13,975 nt of DNA, taken from the IMG/VR virus record IMGVR_UViG_3300045256_000094; one strand, written 5' to 3'. The DNA comes from a virus. The position numbers and the translations under genes were made by a program. How positions within the stretch are numbered: the stretch's first letter is position 1; every line of letters starts with the position of its first letter. This document shows positions 6,077 through 13,475 of this stretch, one piece after another. Under the pieces are notes generated by a model that saw nothing but the letters and a program-made list of their open reading frames with translations, was not told where the DNA came from and ran no database searches.

Positions 6077-6816
6077 TACCCACAACTCCAGGTCTTGCCG
6101 TTCCAGGTCAAGCCCTCGGTGTTGTGGGTTCCCGCCCGCAGCTTTTCAAGTCGCTGGCCGATGATCTCGTACCGCTTCCTGAAGTTAAACAACGCACCCT
6201 CGTCGATCCCCGGCACGAACAGGGCAGAGATGCCGCCGTAGTGGTACACCTTCTCGAACAACTGCGGGTATTCCACAACATCGTAGCCGAGCAACTGAGC
6301 GGCGAGGTACACCATCGCCCCGCCGTCGAAGTATTGCTTGAACGGGATGTTCATGTACGGTGCCCACGAGAAGTGTTGCGTAATCTTCCTGATCTTCGCC
6401 GTGTTGAACAGGGCGAACGAGTGGTCGATCTTCTTCTGCCCACGGAGCGGGTATCCGGCGAACGTACACTCGCCCGTCGTGTGCGTGTCGGCCACGCACA
6501 GGGCGTTCTCCGTCATCTTGGACATCAACTCTGGGACGATTGGGCCGAGGACTTCCACGTCGCTGTCCACCGTCAGCAGGTACTCCGTGTCCACGGCACG
6601 CATGAGCGTGTCGAGGTTGCTACCGAAGTTGCACTGCTCGGTGTTCTGGATGAAGAAGTTGGCGTGACTTGCTGCGTAAGCGTTAGCACCATCCGAACTG
6701 GCGTCGTCGATGACGACCCACTTATAGTTCGGATGGTACTTGGAGAACGACTCCCACATGAGAGCGAGAGCCGTTGCGGTGTTCCTGACGGTGGTGACTA
6801 CTGTGACATTATCCAT
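6073..6816 (-). CDS. Family-2 glycosyltransferase (GT-A fold), 247 aa.
   Basis: N-terminus 'VTVVTTVRNTATALALMWESF...YKWVVIDDASSDG' matches the GT2 signature (xPTYNR ... IIVVDDGSTD). A DxD motif appears as 'LTVDSDVEV'. Its stop TAG (6073-6075) overlaps the helicase stop TAA (6074-6076), so the two genes converge. Confidence 0.8.
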   Translation of the reverse strand: MDNVTVVTTVRNTATALALMWESFSKYHPNYKWVVIDDASSDGANAYAASHANFFIQNTEQCNFGSNLDTLMRAVDTEYLLTVDSDVEVLGPIVPELMSKMTENALCVADTHTTGECTFAGYPLRGQKKIDHSFALFNTAKIRKITQHFSWAPYMNIPFKQYFDGGAMVYLAAQLLGYDVVEYPQLFEKVYHYGGISALFVPGIDEGALFNFRKRYEIIGQRLEKLRAGTHNTEGLTWNGKTWSCGY

Positions 6817-6828
6817 GCCATAGAGTAG

Positions 6829-7605
6829 TCACGCCACGGCGTAGTCTTCGCAGAACTTACGGTCCACCCGCCAGTAGTCGGGCATGAACTTCGGCTTCAT
6901 CGTGTCGAGGAAGTGCTGCCTCCAGAACTTAGCGAACTCGTCGAAGTCCTTCACCTGGGCCATCACCTGCGCACCGAACCCCTGCCCCGAAGACGGAGGC
7001 TTGGGCTTCAGCTTCGCCAGTTCTTTGATCTCGGCGTCCGTTGGGACGTGCCCCAGGGCTTCCTGCAACAACAGCTTCATCACCACGATCCGGCCCGGCG
7101 GAATCTTGTCGCCGTGTTCCGTCAGTGAACGGGCCAGCCCCCGGACGTACATCTCGTCCCGGAAGTTCTCCTTCATCCCCGAAAGCGGGATGCCATACAA
7201 CTCCGAGAAGTGCTTCCGCTTCTTCTGCGACTCCTCTTCGTACTTGGTGTGGCACGAGGTACAGGTCGGCAGAACGTCGTGGCTGTTGTGCTTCTTGTGT
7301 GAGTTCGGCATGTGCCGCAGGAACGACCACGGCACGACATGGTGCCGGTTCAGGTCTTCCGTGGCCCCGCAGACGACGCAGTGGTTCGGCTTGGGCAACA
7401 GCGTCCAGGGGTCTTTCATCCCCCGACGGCCGCTCGGCTCGAACTTCAGCTTGATGGTGATCGGGTCGTCGGCCACCTTGTCGGCCAGCCCACGCTCCAA
7501 ATACCAGTCGATCCGCTTCTTCTCGCACCGGCCGGTAGGTTGGCCGTCCGGTGCGAGGATCAAGCAGTTGTCAAACAGAACTTGAGTGGCTGCGTTGTTT
7601 GGCAT
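6829..7605 (-). CDS. HNH-motif (beta-beta-alpha-Me) nuclease-like protein, 258 aa.
   Basis: 'CVVCGATEDLNRHHVVPWSFLRHMPNSHKKHNSHDVLPTCTSCH' fits the pattern CxxC...HH..P....N....CxxCH. The ATG at 7605 is coupled to the AAA+ stop, with TAATGGAGTATG carrying a GGAG between. Confidence 0.55.
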   Translation of the reverse strand: MPNNAATQVLFDNCLILAPDGQPTGRCEKKRIDWYLERGLADKVADDPITIKLKFEPSGRRGMKDPWTLLPKPNHCVVCGATEDLNRHHVVPWSFLRHMPNSHKKHNSHDVLPTCTSCHTKYEEESQKKRKHFSELYGIPLSGMKENFRDEMYVRGLARSLTEHGDKIPPGRIVVMKLLLQEALGHVPTDAEIKELAKLKPKPPSSGQGFGAQVMAQVKDFDEFAKFWRQHFLDTMKPKFMPDYWRVDRKFCEDYAVA

Positions 7606-7611
7606 ACTCCA

Positions 7612-9318
7612 TTATACCTTGAGTTCAAGGGCGTCCATTTCCTTTTTGAACTTCGCCGGGTCGGCCTTGAACCACTCGGGTAGCAGGCTTCGCCGGGTGC
7701 AGTTCACAAGGGCTTGGAGGGTCTGGTAGCGACGGGTGTCGCCGATGTTCGGGTCGATCATGTCGTCCAGCACGGCCAGGGCGTCCTGATACGTCTTCAC
7801 CTTCTTCGCCTTCAGGCGACTCCTCAGTGAAGCGTAGGACGCCGCCGAGTAGTCCTTCGTGACTTCGACCAACTTCTGCATCTCGCCTTCGTTCAGGTCG
7901 ATCCCGACCGGCTTCATCATCCAGTGGATGAAGTCCTTCTGGTCTTCGCCTTCCGGGTCGAGGATCGGAATGATGAGATCGCCCACCCGCCCCGGACGCC
8001 GGATGTCGGCACTGAGGAGGTTGATCCGGGCCGTCATGAGCAGCCACACGATCTTACCCTTCAGGCGGGGGTCGGACATCATCGCCTGAATCTTGCCGGT
8101 CAGCCGCCGCTCCGTCTCGTGCGTATCTGCCCCGACGCCGCCGAACTGAGTGTCGGCCTCATCAACGAAGATGGCGAGCCGGTCCAGGGCTTCGGCCACC
8201 CGGCGGATTCGCTCGAAGGTCACGTCCGTCTGGCCGAACCACTGGCTGCGGAGGTTCTTCAACACCATCACCGGCATGTCCAACTCGGTGACGGCTGCCT
8301 CCATGATGAACGTCTTACCGCCGCCGATGGGACCGCCGATGGCGGCACCGGCCAGGGCTTCGTCCCCGCCCGCCTTGATCCGGGGGATGAACTCGTCCCG
8401 GAGGAACTTCTTGATCTGGCGGAAGCCCACCACGTCGTCGAGCCGGTGGTTCGGCTTCTTGAACTCCACCACGTCTTCACCAATCTGAGACGTGATGAAC
8501 TCGGCCACCTTGTCCACCACGTCGGCGACGGTGATGCCTTCGCCGTCGCAAAGCAGTTGGCGGTAGCCGTGCAGCGACAGCCCGGCCGTCATCTCGTCGA
8601 TACGGTCGAGCGTCTTGAGGTTCGGGAACACCGTCGTGCGGAACTGCCGCCGCTCCTCGACGTTCGGGCTGGAGATTTGGACTTCCAGCAGTTGCGGAAG
8701 TTGGGCGATAGATGAGTTAATCAACCCACGGGTTTCCGCCATGAAGATCACGCTGTCGTGACCGTTCATGAACTTCGGGTCGCTGAGCCAGTCCTGCACC
8801 ACGGCGATGCGCCGCCGGTCGGCCCAGCCCAGGGTCGCCGTCTGGCCGACGGGCAGGAGGAAGTCCGCCGCCTCAATCACGATGACGAGATCGTTCTTCA
8901 GCTTCATCTTGCGGCCGACCAGGGCGAGTTGCCGCAGGAACTCCATCGCCAGGGTCGGGTTCTCGACGGTCTGTCCGATCAGCGTGTCGAAGTCGTTGGG
9001 GTTCGGGGCGGTTTCCTTCTGTCGGGCCAGGGACGTGACCTGCCGCCGGGGGTTGATGCCCTTGAACTCGTTGAAGGCGTTGCGGAGTTCGTCTTCGTTG
9101 TTGACCACCCGGACAGCCCGGTTGATCTCGTACACCACGACGGTGACGCCCCGGTTCGTCTCGGTGGCGGCGATCTGGCACTTCGTCGCAAGGTAGTCCA
9201 CTAGCGGGACGCACTCCTTGCCGTCGAAGAACAAGTCGTTGATGTTGCCAGTCAGCAACACGGACCGACTCTTGCCGTTGTTGATGATCTTGGCGAGCTT
9301 CGGGTAGAACTCCAGCAT
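7612..9318 (-). CDS. Classic-clade AAA+ ATPase, 568 aa. The ~270-aa N-terminal region looks like a degenerate or inactive ATPase half.
   Basis: Walker A 'IGGPIGGGKT'; Walker B 'LAIFVDEADTQF'; second region of homology 'LLMTARINLLSADIRRPGRVGDLIIPILDP' (compare ATNRPDxLDPALLRPGRFD). In the N-terminal half, 'NNGKSRSVLLTG' and 'LVIVIEAADFLLP' resemble decayed Walker A/B motifs. Its ATG overlaps the stop of the upstream 94-aa gene. Confidence 0.85.
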   Translation of the reverse strand: MLEFYPKLAKIINNGKSRSVLLTGNINDLFFDGKECVPLVDYLATKCQIAATETNRGVTVVVYEINRAVRVVNNEDELRNAFNEFKGINPRRQVTSLARQKETAPNPNDFDTLIGQTVENPTLAMEFLRQLALVGRKMKLKNDLVIVIEAADFLLPVGQTATLGWADRRRIAVVQDWLSDPKFMNGHDSVIFMAETRGLINSSIAQLPQLLEVQISSPNVEERRQFRTTVFPNLKTLDRIDEMTAGLSLHGYRQLLCDGEGITVADVVDKVAEFITSQIGEDVVEFKKPNHRLDDVVGFRQIKKFLRDEFIPRIKAGGDEALAGAAIGGPIGGGKTFIMEAAVTELDMPVMVLKNLRSQWFGQTDVTFERIRRVAEALDRLAIFVDEADTQFGGVGADTHETERRLTGKIQAMMSDPRLKGKIVWLLMTARINLLSADIRRPGRVGDLIIPILDPEGEDQKDFIHWMMKPVGIDLNEGEMQKLVEVTKDYSAASYASLRSRLKAKKVKTYQDALAVLDDMIDPNIGDTRRYQTLQALVNCTRRSLLPEWFKADPAKFKKEMDALELKV

Positions 9319-9602
9319 TACTCTTCTTCCTCGTCTTGGGCGTTCACCACGATGTCGTAAGCCCGATTGATGAGCTTATCGACGTGTTCGGGAACAGCCG
9401 GGCCATTGGAACACAACTCGCCGCAGACACAATCGCCGTTCCGCATAACCTCCATGTTCACGAGGCCGGTGCGGAGGATTTCGACATCAAACGAGCAGCC
9501 GAGTTTGACGAGTTCGGTTGCCTTCGTTTCGATCTCAACGGGCCGCTCGATGTCCATCGGACGGCGTTCGCCGTTGGGCAGTAGGTATTGCGTGAACCTC
9601 AC
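9318..9602 (-). CDS. Small acidic Cys-containing protein, 94 aa, GTG start (MRFTQYLLPNGERRPMDIERPVEIE...DCVCGELC...AQDEEEE).
   Basis: The ORF is in the track. Its GTG start overlaps the TGA of the upstream 38-aa ORF (GTGA), and its stop overlaps the AAA+ ATG (TAATG). It has four Cys, three of them in a CxCxxxC arrangement, and a poly-Glu tail. Confidence 0.5.
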   Translation of the reverse strand: MRFTQYLLPNGERRPMDIERPVEIETKATELVKLGCSFDVEILRTGLVNMEVMRNGDCVCGELCSNGPAVPEHVDKLINRAYDIVVNAQDEEEE

Positions 9603-9715
9603 GTCTCTTCCTCTTTGACTGATTGGTAGGCGTACCAGGGAACGAGCAGCAGGATCAAGATCGTGTAGAAGTACAGTGCCAGCATGTTCGTGAAGAACTT
9701 CCCGATCTTGACCAT
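9599..9715 (-). CDS. Unannotated small membrane peptide, 38 aa (MVKIGKFFTNMLALYFYTILILLLVPWYAYQSVKEEET). It is below the ORF-track length cutoff.
   Basis: I translated it by hand. The ATG at 9715-9713 is preceded by a perfect GGAGAG Shine-Dalgarno site 4 nt upstream, starting right after the lipoprotein stop codon. It has one clear hydrophobic helix. Its stop TGA overlaps the GTG of the next gene. Confidence 0.5.
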   Translation of the reverse strand: MVKIGKFFTNMLALYFYTILILLLVPWYAYQSVKEEET

Positions 9716-9725
9716 GTTACTCTCC

Positions 9726-9968
9726 TTACTTGGCGTGCTTGCCGTTCACCTTCGGGCAGACGGCGAACCGCTGGTTCATTTCGTCATGGAGGACGAGGTA
9801 TTCAACCCCGTCGATCATCACCGTCTCGACCTTGATGGTGCTGTTGCTGCCCTGAATCCGAAGCTCGGTCGCCTTGCCGTCATGCTCGATGACCTTTGTT
9901 TCCTGGTTACGGCACCCGCAGAGTACCAGGGCGGCGGCGACGGTAAAGGCGGTCAGTAGTCGCTTCAT
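9726..9968 (-). CDS. Small putative lipoprotein, 80 aa. The signal peptide carries a Cys (MKRLLTAFTVAAALVLCGCRNQ...).
   Basis: The ORF is in the track. ATG 9968-9966 overlaps the TGA of the upstream gene (ATGA). There is a hydrophobic h-region followed by LCGC. Confidence 0.55.
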   Translation of the reverse strand: MKRLLTAFTVAAALVLCGCRNQETKVIEHDGKATELRIQGSNSTIKVETVMIDGVEYLVLHDEMNQRFAVCPKVNGKHAK

Positions 9969-10324
9969 TTCTTCTCCTCGTTGTTCGCTTTCACTTGCTC
10001 GTAGCGGATGTCCACCCTGATCCGTTGGTAGATGGACATGTAGAGAACGGCCGAGGCCCAGGTTACGCCGTGGGCCAGCACATACCCCCGCCAGTCATCA
10101 TACCACACCTGATGGCGGAATACGAGCATCATCAGGAGCGTGAACCAGAACGAGAAGCAGTATTCGCAGGTCGGGATGTAGCACACCTTCCGTACCAAAT
10201 ACGGGAGGGTGTGATCCTTGCACCACGGCTGGAAGTAGTTCTTCCGCAGGTCGCTGAAGACTTCTTCCTTCGTGGCAGCCCACGAGAACACCGCCACCAT
10301 CGCCCCGATGATGATCGCTTCCAT
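9965..10324 (-). CDS. Polytopic inner-membrane protein, 119 aa (MEAIIIGAMVAVFSWAATKEEVF...). Three or four predicted transmembrane helices.
   Basis: The track ORF 9965..10414 trimmed to the ATG at 10324-10322, which overlaps the Pnk stop (TAATG). The extra upstream 30 codons would overlap Pnk. There are several hydrophobic stretches (IIIGAMVAVFSWAA; CFSFWFTLLMMLVF; VLAHGVTWASAVLYMSIY). Confidence 0.6.
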   Translation of the reverse strand: MEAIIIGAMVAVFSWAATKEEVFSDLRKNYFQPWCKDHTLPYLVRKVCYIPTCEYCFSFWFTLLMMLVFRHQVWYDDWRGYVLAHGVTWASAVLYMSIYQRIRVDIRYEQVKANNEEKK

Positions 10325-11271
10325 TAGTTGAAGAACTCCTCGGTGTGCATGTACTTGAACCCGCACCGGGCAGCAGCCGTCTCGTCCGTCTTCTGGTCCC
10401 CGACGAACAAGCACTTCGCCGGGTTCAGCTTGTACGTCTCGATCATCAGTGCCCCGATACCGGGGTGCGGCTTCCGGCAGTAGCAGTTTACCGGCGGGAT
10501 GTTATGAGGACAGAAGAAAAATGGAATATCCATCCCCAGCAGGGCGTTCGTCTTCTTGAACGCCTTGATGACGTTCTCCTCGGTGCAATGCTTCTTGGCG
10601 ATCCCGCTCTGGTTCGACCAACCGAGAACGTGATCCGGCTTGAAGTCGTCGATGTACTTCTTGATCCGCTCGGCACGCCCCGGCAGCAGGACGACTTCCT
10701 CCTCGCACGTCGGGAAGTCGAACTTCGACCCGGCGGGCGTGTCCCGGAGGTTGCCGTCGTAGTCGAGGATCAGTGCGCTGTTCTTGTACTCCGGCCCCCA
10801 GACCCGCTTGAAGTCCCGCTCAACCACGCTGGAGAACCCCTCGCCGGTGCGGGGCTTTTCGAACAGCTTTCGGTAGTTGAACAACGCCACCGGCGGGAAG
10901 TGGTTCGGGTTCTTGGTCGTCTTGAAATCCTCGGGCATGAGGAGCTTGCCTGTTTGGCGGATCATCCGCAGACAGGCGTTGAGTTGTGCGTCCTCGAAGC
11001 TCGTGCTGAGCCAGACGCAGTTGACCGGGATTTTGTTATCCTTCCCGACCTTGATGACCGACGCCCGGCTCTTGGCGTCCGGGTAGGTGTTGTCGAGAAT
11101 GAAGAGATTGCCGCCCTTCTTGATCCGCCGTTCGAGTTCCTGGGCCACGCCCTCCAGCGTCCCGCCCATCTCGTCCCGGTTGAGCCGGTCATACCCCTTC
11201 GCAACGTACTCCGCTGCGATGGTGGACTTGCCCGAAGCGTTGTAACCCAGAAGGACGACAATCTCGCTCAT
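10324..11271 (-). CDS. pnk: Polynucleotide 5'-kinase / 3'-phosphatase of the bacteriophage T4 Pnk type, 315 aa. N-terminal P-loop kinase, C-terminal HAD/DxDGT phosphatase.
   Basis: P-loop 'LLGYNASGKST' at residues 8-17 (T4 'TIGCPGSGKST'). 'NRDE' at 31-34 (T4 catalytic 'NRDD'). 'ILDNTY' (T4 'IISDTN'). HAD motif I 'ALILDYDGNLR' with Asp170 (T4 'AVIFDVDGTLA', Asp165). C-terminal 'VGDQKTDETAA' is a HAD motif IV-like element. The start ATG at 11271 has a GAGGT Shine-Dalgarno site. The track ORF extends further upstream into the neighbouring gene. Confidence 0.85.
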   Translation of the reverse strand: MSEIVVLLGYNASGKSTIAAEYVAKGYDRLNRDEMGGTLEGVAQELERRIKKGGNLFILDNTYPDAKSRASVIKVGKDNKIPVNCVWLSTSFEDAQLNACLRMIRQTGKLLMPEDFKTTKNPNHFPPVALFNYRKLFEKPRTGEGFSSVVERDFKRVWGPEYKNSALILDYDGNLRDTPAGSKFDFPTCEEEVVLLPGRAERIKKYIDDFKPDHVLGWSNQSGIAKKHCTEENVIKAFKKTNALLGMDIPFFFCPHNIPPVNCYCRKPHPGIGALMIETYKLNPAKCLFVGDQKTDETAAARCGFKYMHTEEFFN

Positions 11272-11273
11272 GA

Positions 11274-11609
11274 CTACCTCGGTTTCACTAAGTCGTAGTG
11301 GTAAGCCCGATCCGTCTCCACACCGTCTTCGGACAGCCCGATGCCGGGTTTCGGCATCTTGTACTTGGCGTCCTTCTCGTACTTCGTCTTCGTGTTGAAG
11401 TAGAAGTGGCGTGTCTCCACGCCTTCCTGAACCTTGAAGTGGATGACGACCTTTTCGGGCATCCACCCGTTGACGACCGGGACTTTGAAGTCCAGGCCGT
11501 CAACCTTCACATACTCCACCGAGTCGATCTCGCTGTCCAGGTGGTAACTTGACTGCGGGTTTGACACCACCCCCAATGTGAGGGCCAGGGTCAAGAGCAT
11601 TCCTTGCAT
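11274..11609 (-). CDS. Small secreted protein, 111 aa (signal peptide MQGMLLTLALTLGVVSNPQS...).
   Basis: The track ORF 11274..11801 trimmed to the ATG at 11609, which has an AAGGAGAAGG Shine-Dalgarno site immediately upstream and overlapping the ABC ATPase stop. It has an N-terminal hydrophobic signal sequence and a hydrophilic Lys/Tyr-rich mature part. Confidence 0.55.
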   Translation of the reverse strand: MQGMLLTLALTLGVVSNPQSSYHLDSEIDSVEYVKVDGLDFKVPVVNGWMPEKVVIHFKVQEGVETRHFYFNTKTKYEKDAKYKMPKPGIGLSEDGVETDRAYHYDLVKPR

Positions 11610-11620
11610 CCTTCTCCTTG

Positions 11621-12526
11621 TTAGACAACACTGACCTTCGAGTTCCAGAAGGTTCGCCCGACTTCGGGGATGATCGTCTCGTTCTGGTCGAACACGATCT
11701 TCCTCAACTCGGCCTTCTGGTCGGCGAACCGACTGAAGTCCCTCGGGTCGTCCGGGTGAAAGACCGGAGCGGGTTGATCGTACACGATTGTGGCCCCACA
11801 TTCAACTCCCCGTTCCTTCATCGTGGGGCACGTCCAGTAGCGGCTCAGCCCAACCACCCGGTCGGCGAGGTAGAACGCCTCGTTGAGTTCGTGCGTGACG
11901 AACACCACCGTGTACGGTGGCGGCAGACCCGCCTTCTTCGCCGTCAGGTTGTCCTGGTAGAGCCGCAACAGCAGGTGTTGCAGGTCTTCACGGGTCGCCT
12001 CGTCGAGCGCACCGAACGGCTCGTCGAGCAAGAGAATCTTCGGCTTCATAATCAACGCCTGGGCGATGCTCACCCGCTGACGCTGACCACCCGATAGTTG
12101 GGTTGGGTAACAGTCCATCGACCCGTCCAGATCGAAGTCCGTCAACATCTGCTTGGCTTCAGCCCGGTACTTCCGTTTCAGGTCACGCAGCATGAACGGG
12201 CGGAACACCCGGCCGAGGAAGCTCGTTTGGTCGAGGATCGGCCCGACGGCCACGTTGTCGAGGGCGGTGAGGAACGGGAACAGGGTGTACTGCTGGTACA
12301 CGATCCCGCAGTCCCGGCTCGGCCCGATAACTTCCTTCCCGTCCACCATGATCGCCCCTTCCATCGGCGGGTCGGTGCCGAGTATGGCCCGGAGCAGGGT
12401 GGACTTGCCGCAGCCGCTCGGCCCGACCAGGGCGACGAACTGCCCGGCGTCCACGTCGAGGTTGCAGTGGTGAAGCACCCGCTTCGTCTTGAACCAGTGG
12501 TTAACGTGCGTGCAACGTAACAGCAT
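11621..12526 (-). CDS. ABC transporter ATP-binding protein, NitT/TauT (nitrate/sulfonate/taurine) family, 301 aa.
   Basis: Walker A 'GPSGCGKST'; Q-loop; ABC signature 'LSGGQRQR'; Walker B 'ILLLDEPFGALD'; H-loop 'VTHE'. AGGAGAAG Shine-Dalgarno site upstream of ATG 12526. Confidence 0.9.
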   Translation of the reverse strand: MLLRCTHVNHWFKTKRVLHHCNLDVDAGQFVALVGPSGCGKSTLLRAILGTDPPMEGAIMVDGKEVIGPSRDCGIVYQQYTLFPFLTALDNVAVGPILDQTSFLGRVFRPFMLRDLKRKYRAEAKQMLTDFDLDGSMDCYPTQLSGGQRQRVSIAQALIMKPKILLLDEPFGALDEATREDLQHLLLRLYQDNLTAKKAGLPPPYTVVFVTHELNEAFYLADRVVGLSRYWTCPTMKERGVECGATIVYDQPAPVFHPDDPRDFSRFADQKAELRKIVFDQNETIIPEVGRTFWNSKVSVV

Positions 12527-12554
12527 CTTGCTTCTCCTGTGGTTTGGCGTTGAG

Positions 12555-13382
12555 TTACTTCCCGTTCTCGAACCACGGAGACACCTTGTCCCGCAGCTTC
12601 AGCAGCGACCAGTCGAGGACGTACCCCAGCAGGCCGAGGACGATGATGTAGTTGTACACAATGTTCATGTGGCTCATGCGGCTCTCGATCCGTAGCCGGT
12701 AGCCGATGCCCACGTTCGCACTCGCCCACTCGGCTGCGATTAGGAACACCATCGCCGGACCGACGGCCAGTCGCACCGACTCCACCACCCGTGGGAAGAT
12801 CATCCGCAGGATGACGTTCCACACTACCTCGAAGTTGCTGGCACCCAGCGTGTACGCCTTGTTCACCAACTCGTCCGGCACGTCGTACTTGGCGCTCTGG
12901 TACACGGTCATGGTCAGAGCCGGGATGATGCCGAAGGCGATCATCATCACGAACATCTTGAACTCAGTGCCGAACAGGATGAAGAACACGGCGAGCATGG
13001 CCGTCGGCGGGATTTTCGAGAAGAAACTGAGGACGGGATGGAACAGTGCCTCGATCTGGGCGAAGCACGCCATCAGTAAACCCACCAGCAGCGAGAAGGC
13101 GATACCAAGTGCCATCCCCGCCGTGTAGCGGTAGCCCGTGGCCTGCACGTCCTCCCAGAGCGGGATCGTGTGGGGCGGTGACTTGCTGGGGCTGGTGATC
13201 TCCAGCAGTCCCTTGTAGATGTCCACGACGCCCGGCATCGTGGTGTCCTTCGGGTTCTGCTCGTGCTGTCGGATCGACAGGAACTCGTAGAAGGCAAACA
13301 AGACCAGCACCGACACGATCCCGAGGACTACTTGGGTCGTCTTGGAGATGGGCTTGCGAATGACTAACTTTTTGGGTCGCAT
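12555..13382 (-). CDS. ABC transporter permease (BPD_transp_1; TauC/SsuC/NrtB-like), 275 aa.
   Basis: About six hydrophobic helices. EAA-like loop 'AYTLGASNFEVVWNVILRMIFP'. GGAGG Shine-Dalgarno site 6 nt upstream of ATG 13382. Confidence 0.85.
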   Translation of the reverse strand: MRPKKLVIRKPISKTTQVVLGIVSVLVLFAFYEFLSIRQHEQNPKDTTMPGVVDIYKGLLEITSPSKSPPHTIPLWEDVQATGYRYTAGMALGIAFSLLVGLLMACFAQIEALFHPVLSFFSKIPPTAMLAVFFILFGTEFKMFVMMIAFGIIPALTMTVYQSAKYDVPDELVNKAYTLGASNFEVVWNVILRMIFPRVVESVRLAVGPAMVFLIAAEWASANVGIGYRLRIESRMSHMNIVYNYIIVLGLLGYVLDWSLLKLRDKVSPWFENGK

Positions 13383-13404
13383 CGGTGTCCTCCGTGGTTA
13401 CATC

Positions 13405-13432
13405 AGTCTACCGCATCAGGGGTGGTTTGTAA
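13405..13432 (-). promoter_or_regulatory. Candidate internal sigma70-like promoter for the permease-ATPase and downstream genes: -35 TTACAA (13432-13427), 16-nt spacer, -10 TAGACT (13410-13405).
   Basis: Read on the minus strand between the terminator and the permease ATG. Both hexamers are imperfect. Confidence 0.3.
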
Positions 13433-13438
13433 TGGGTT

Positions 13439-13475
13439 TGGGAAACAAAAACGCCACGGCTAACTGCCGTGGCGT
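13439..13475 (-). terminator. Textbook rho-independent terminator after the substrate-binding-protein gene. Minus-strand stem ACGCCACGGC-AGUUA-GCCGUGGCGU, followed by UUUUUGUUU.
   Basis: Perfect 10-bp GC-rich inverted repeat (13451-13460 / 13466-13475) with a 5-nt loop. Plus-strand aaaaacaaa at 13439-13450 gives the U-tract on the minus transcript. It lies 24 nt after the stop codon at 13499. Confidence 0.75.

Noticed and set aside
6831-6840. The 10-mer acgccacggc recurs at 6831-6840 and in the terminator stem at 13451-13460.
   Set aside because: At 6831 it has no inverted partner and lies inside the HNH gene's 3' end. The recurrence is most likely chance in GC-rich sequence, not a repeated regulatory element.
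10324-11466. Longer 380-aa version of the Pnk ORF, and longer versions of the 119-aa membrane ORF (to 10414) and the 111-aa secreted ORF (to 11801).
   Set aside because: The N-terminal extensions are Arg/Pro/Gly-rich and overlap the upstream genes. The internal ATGs have Shine-Dalgarno sites and coincide exactly with the upstream stop codons. The internal ATG of the Pnk gives a P-loop at the same position as in T4 Pnk.
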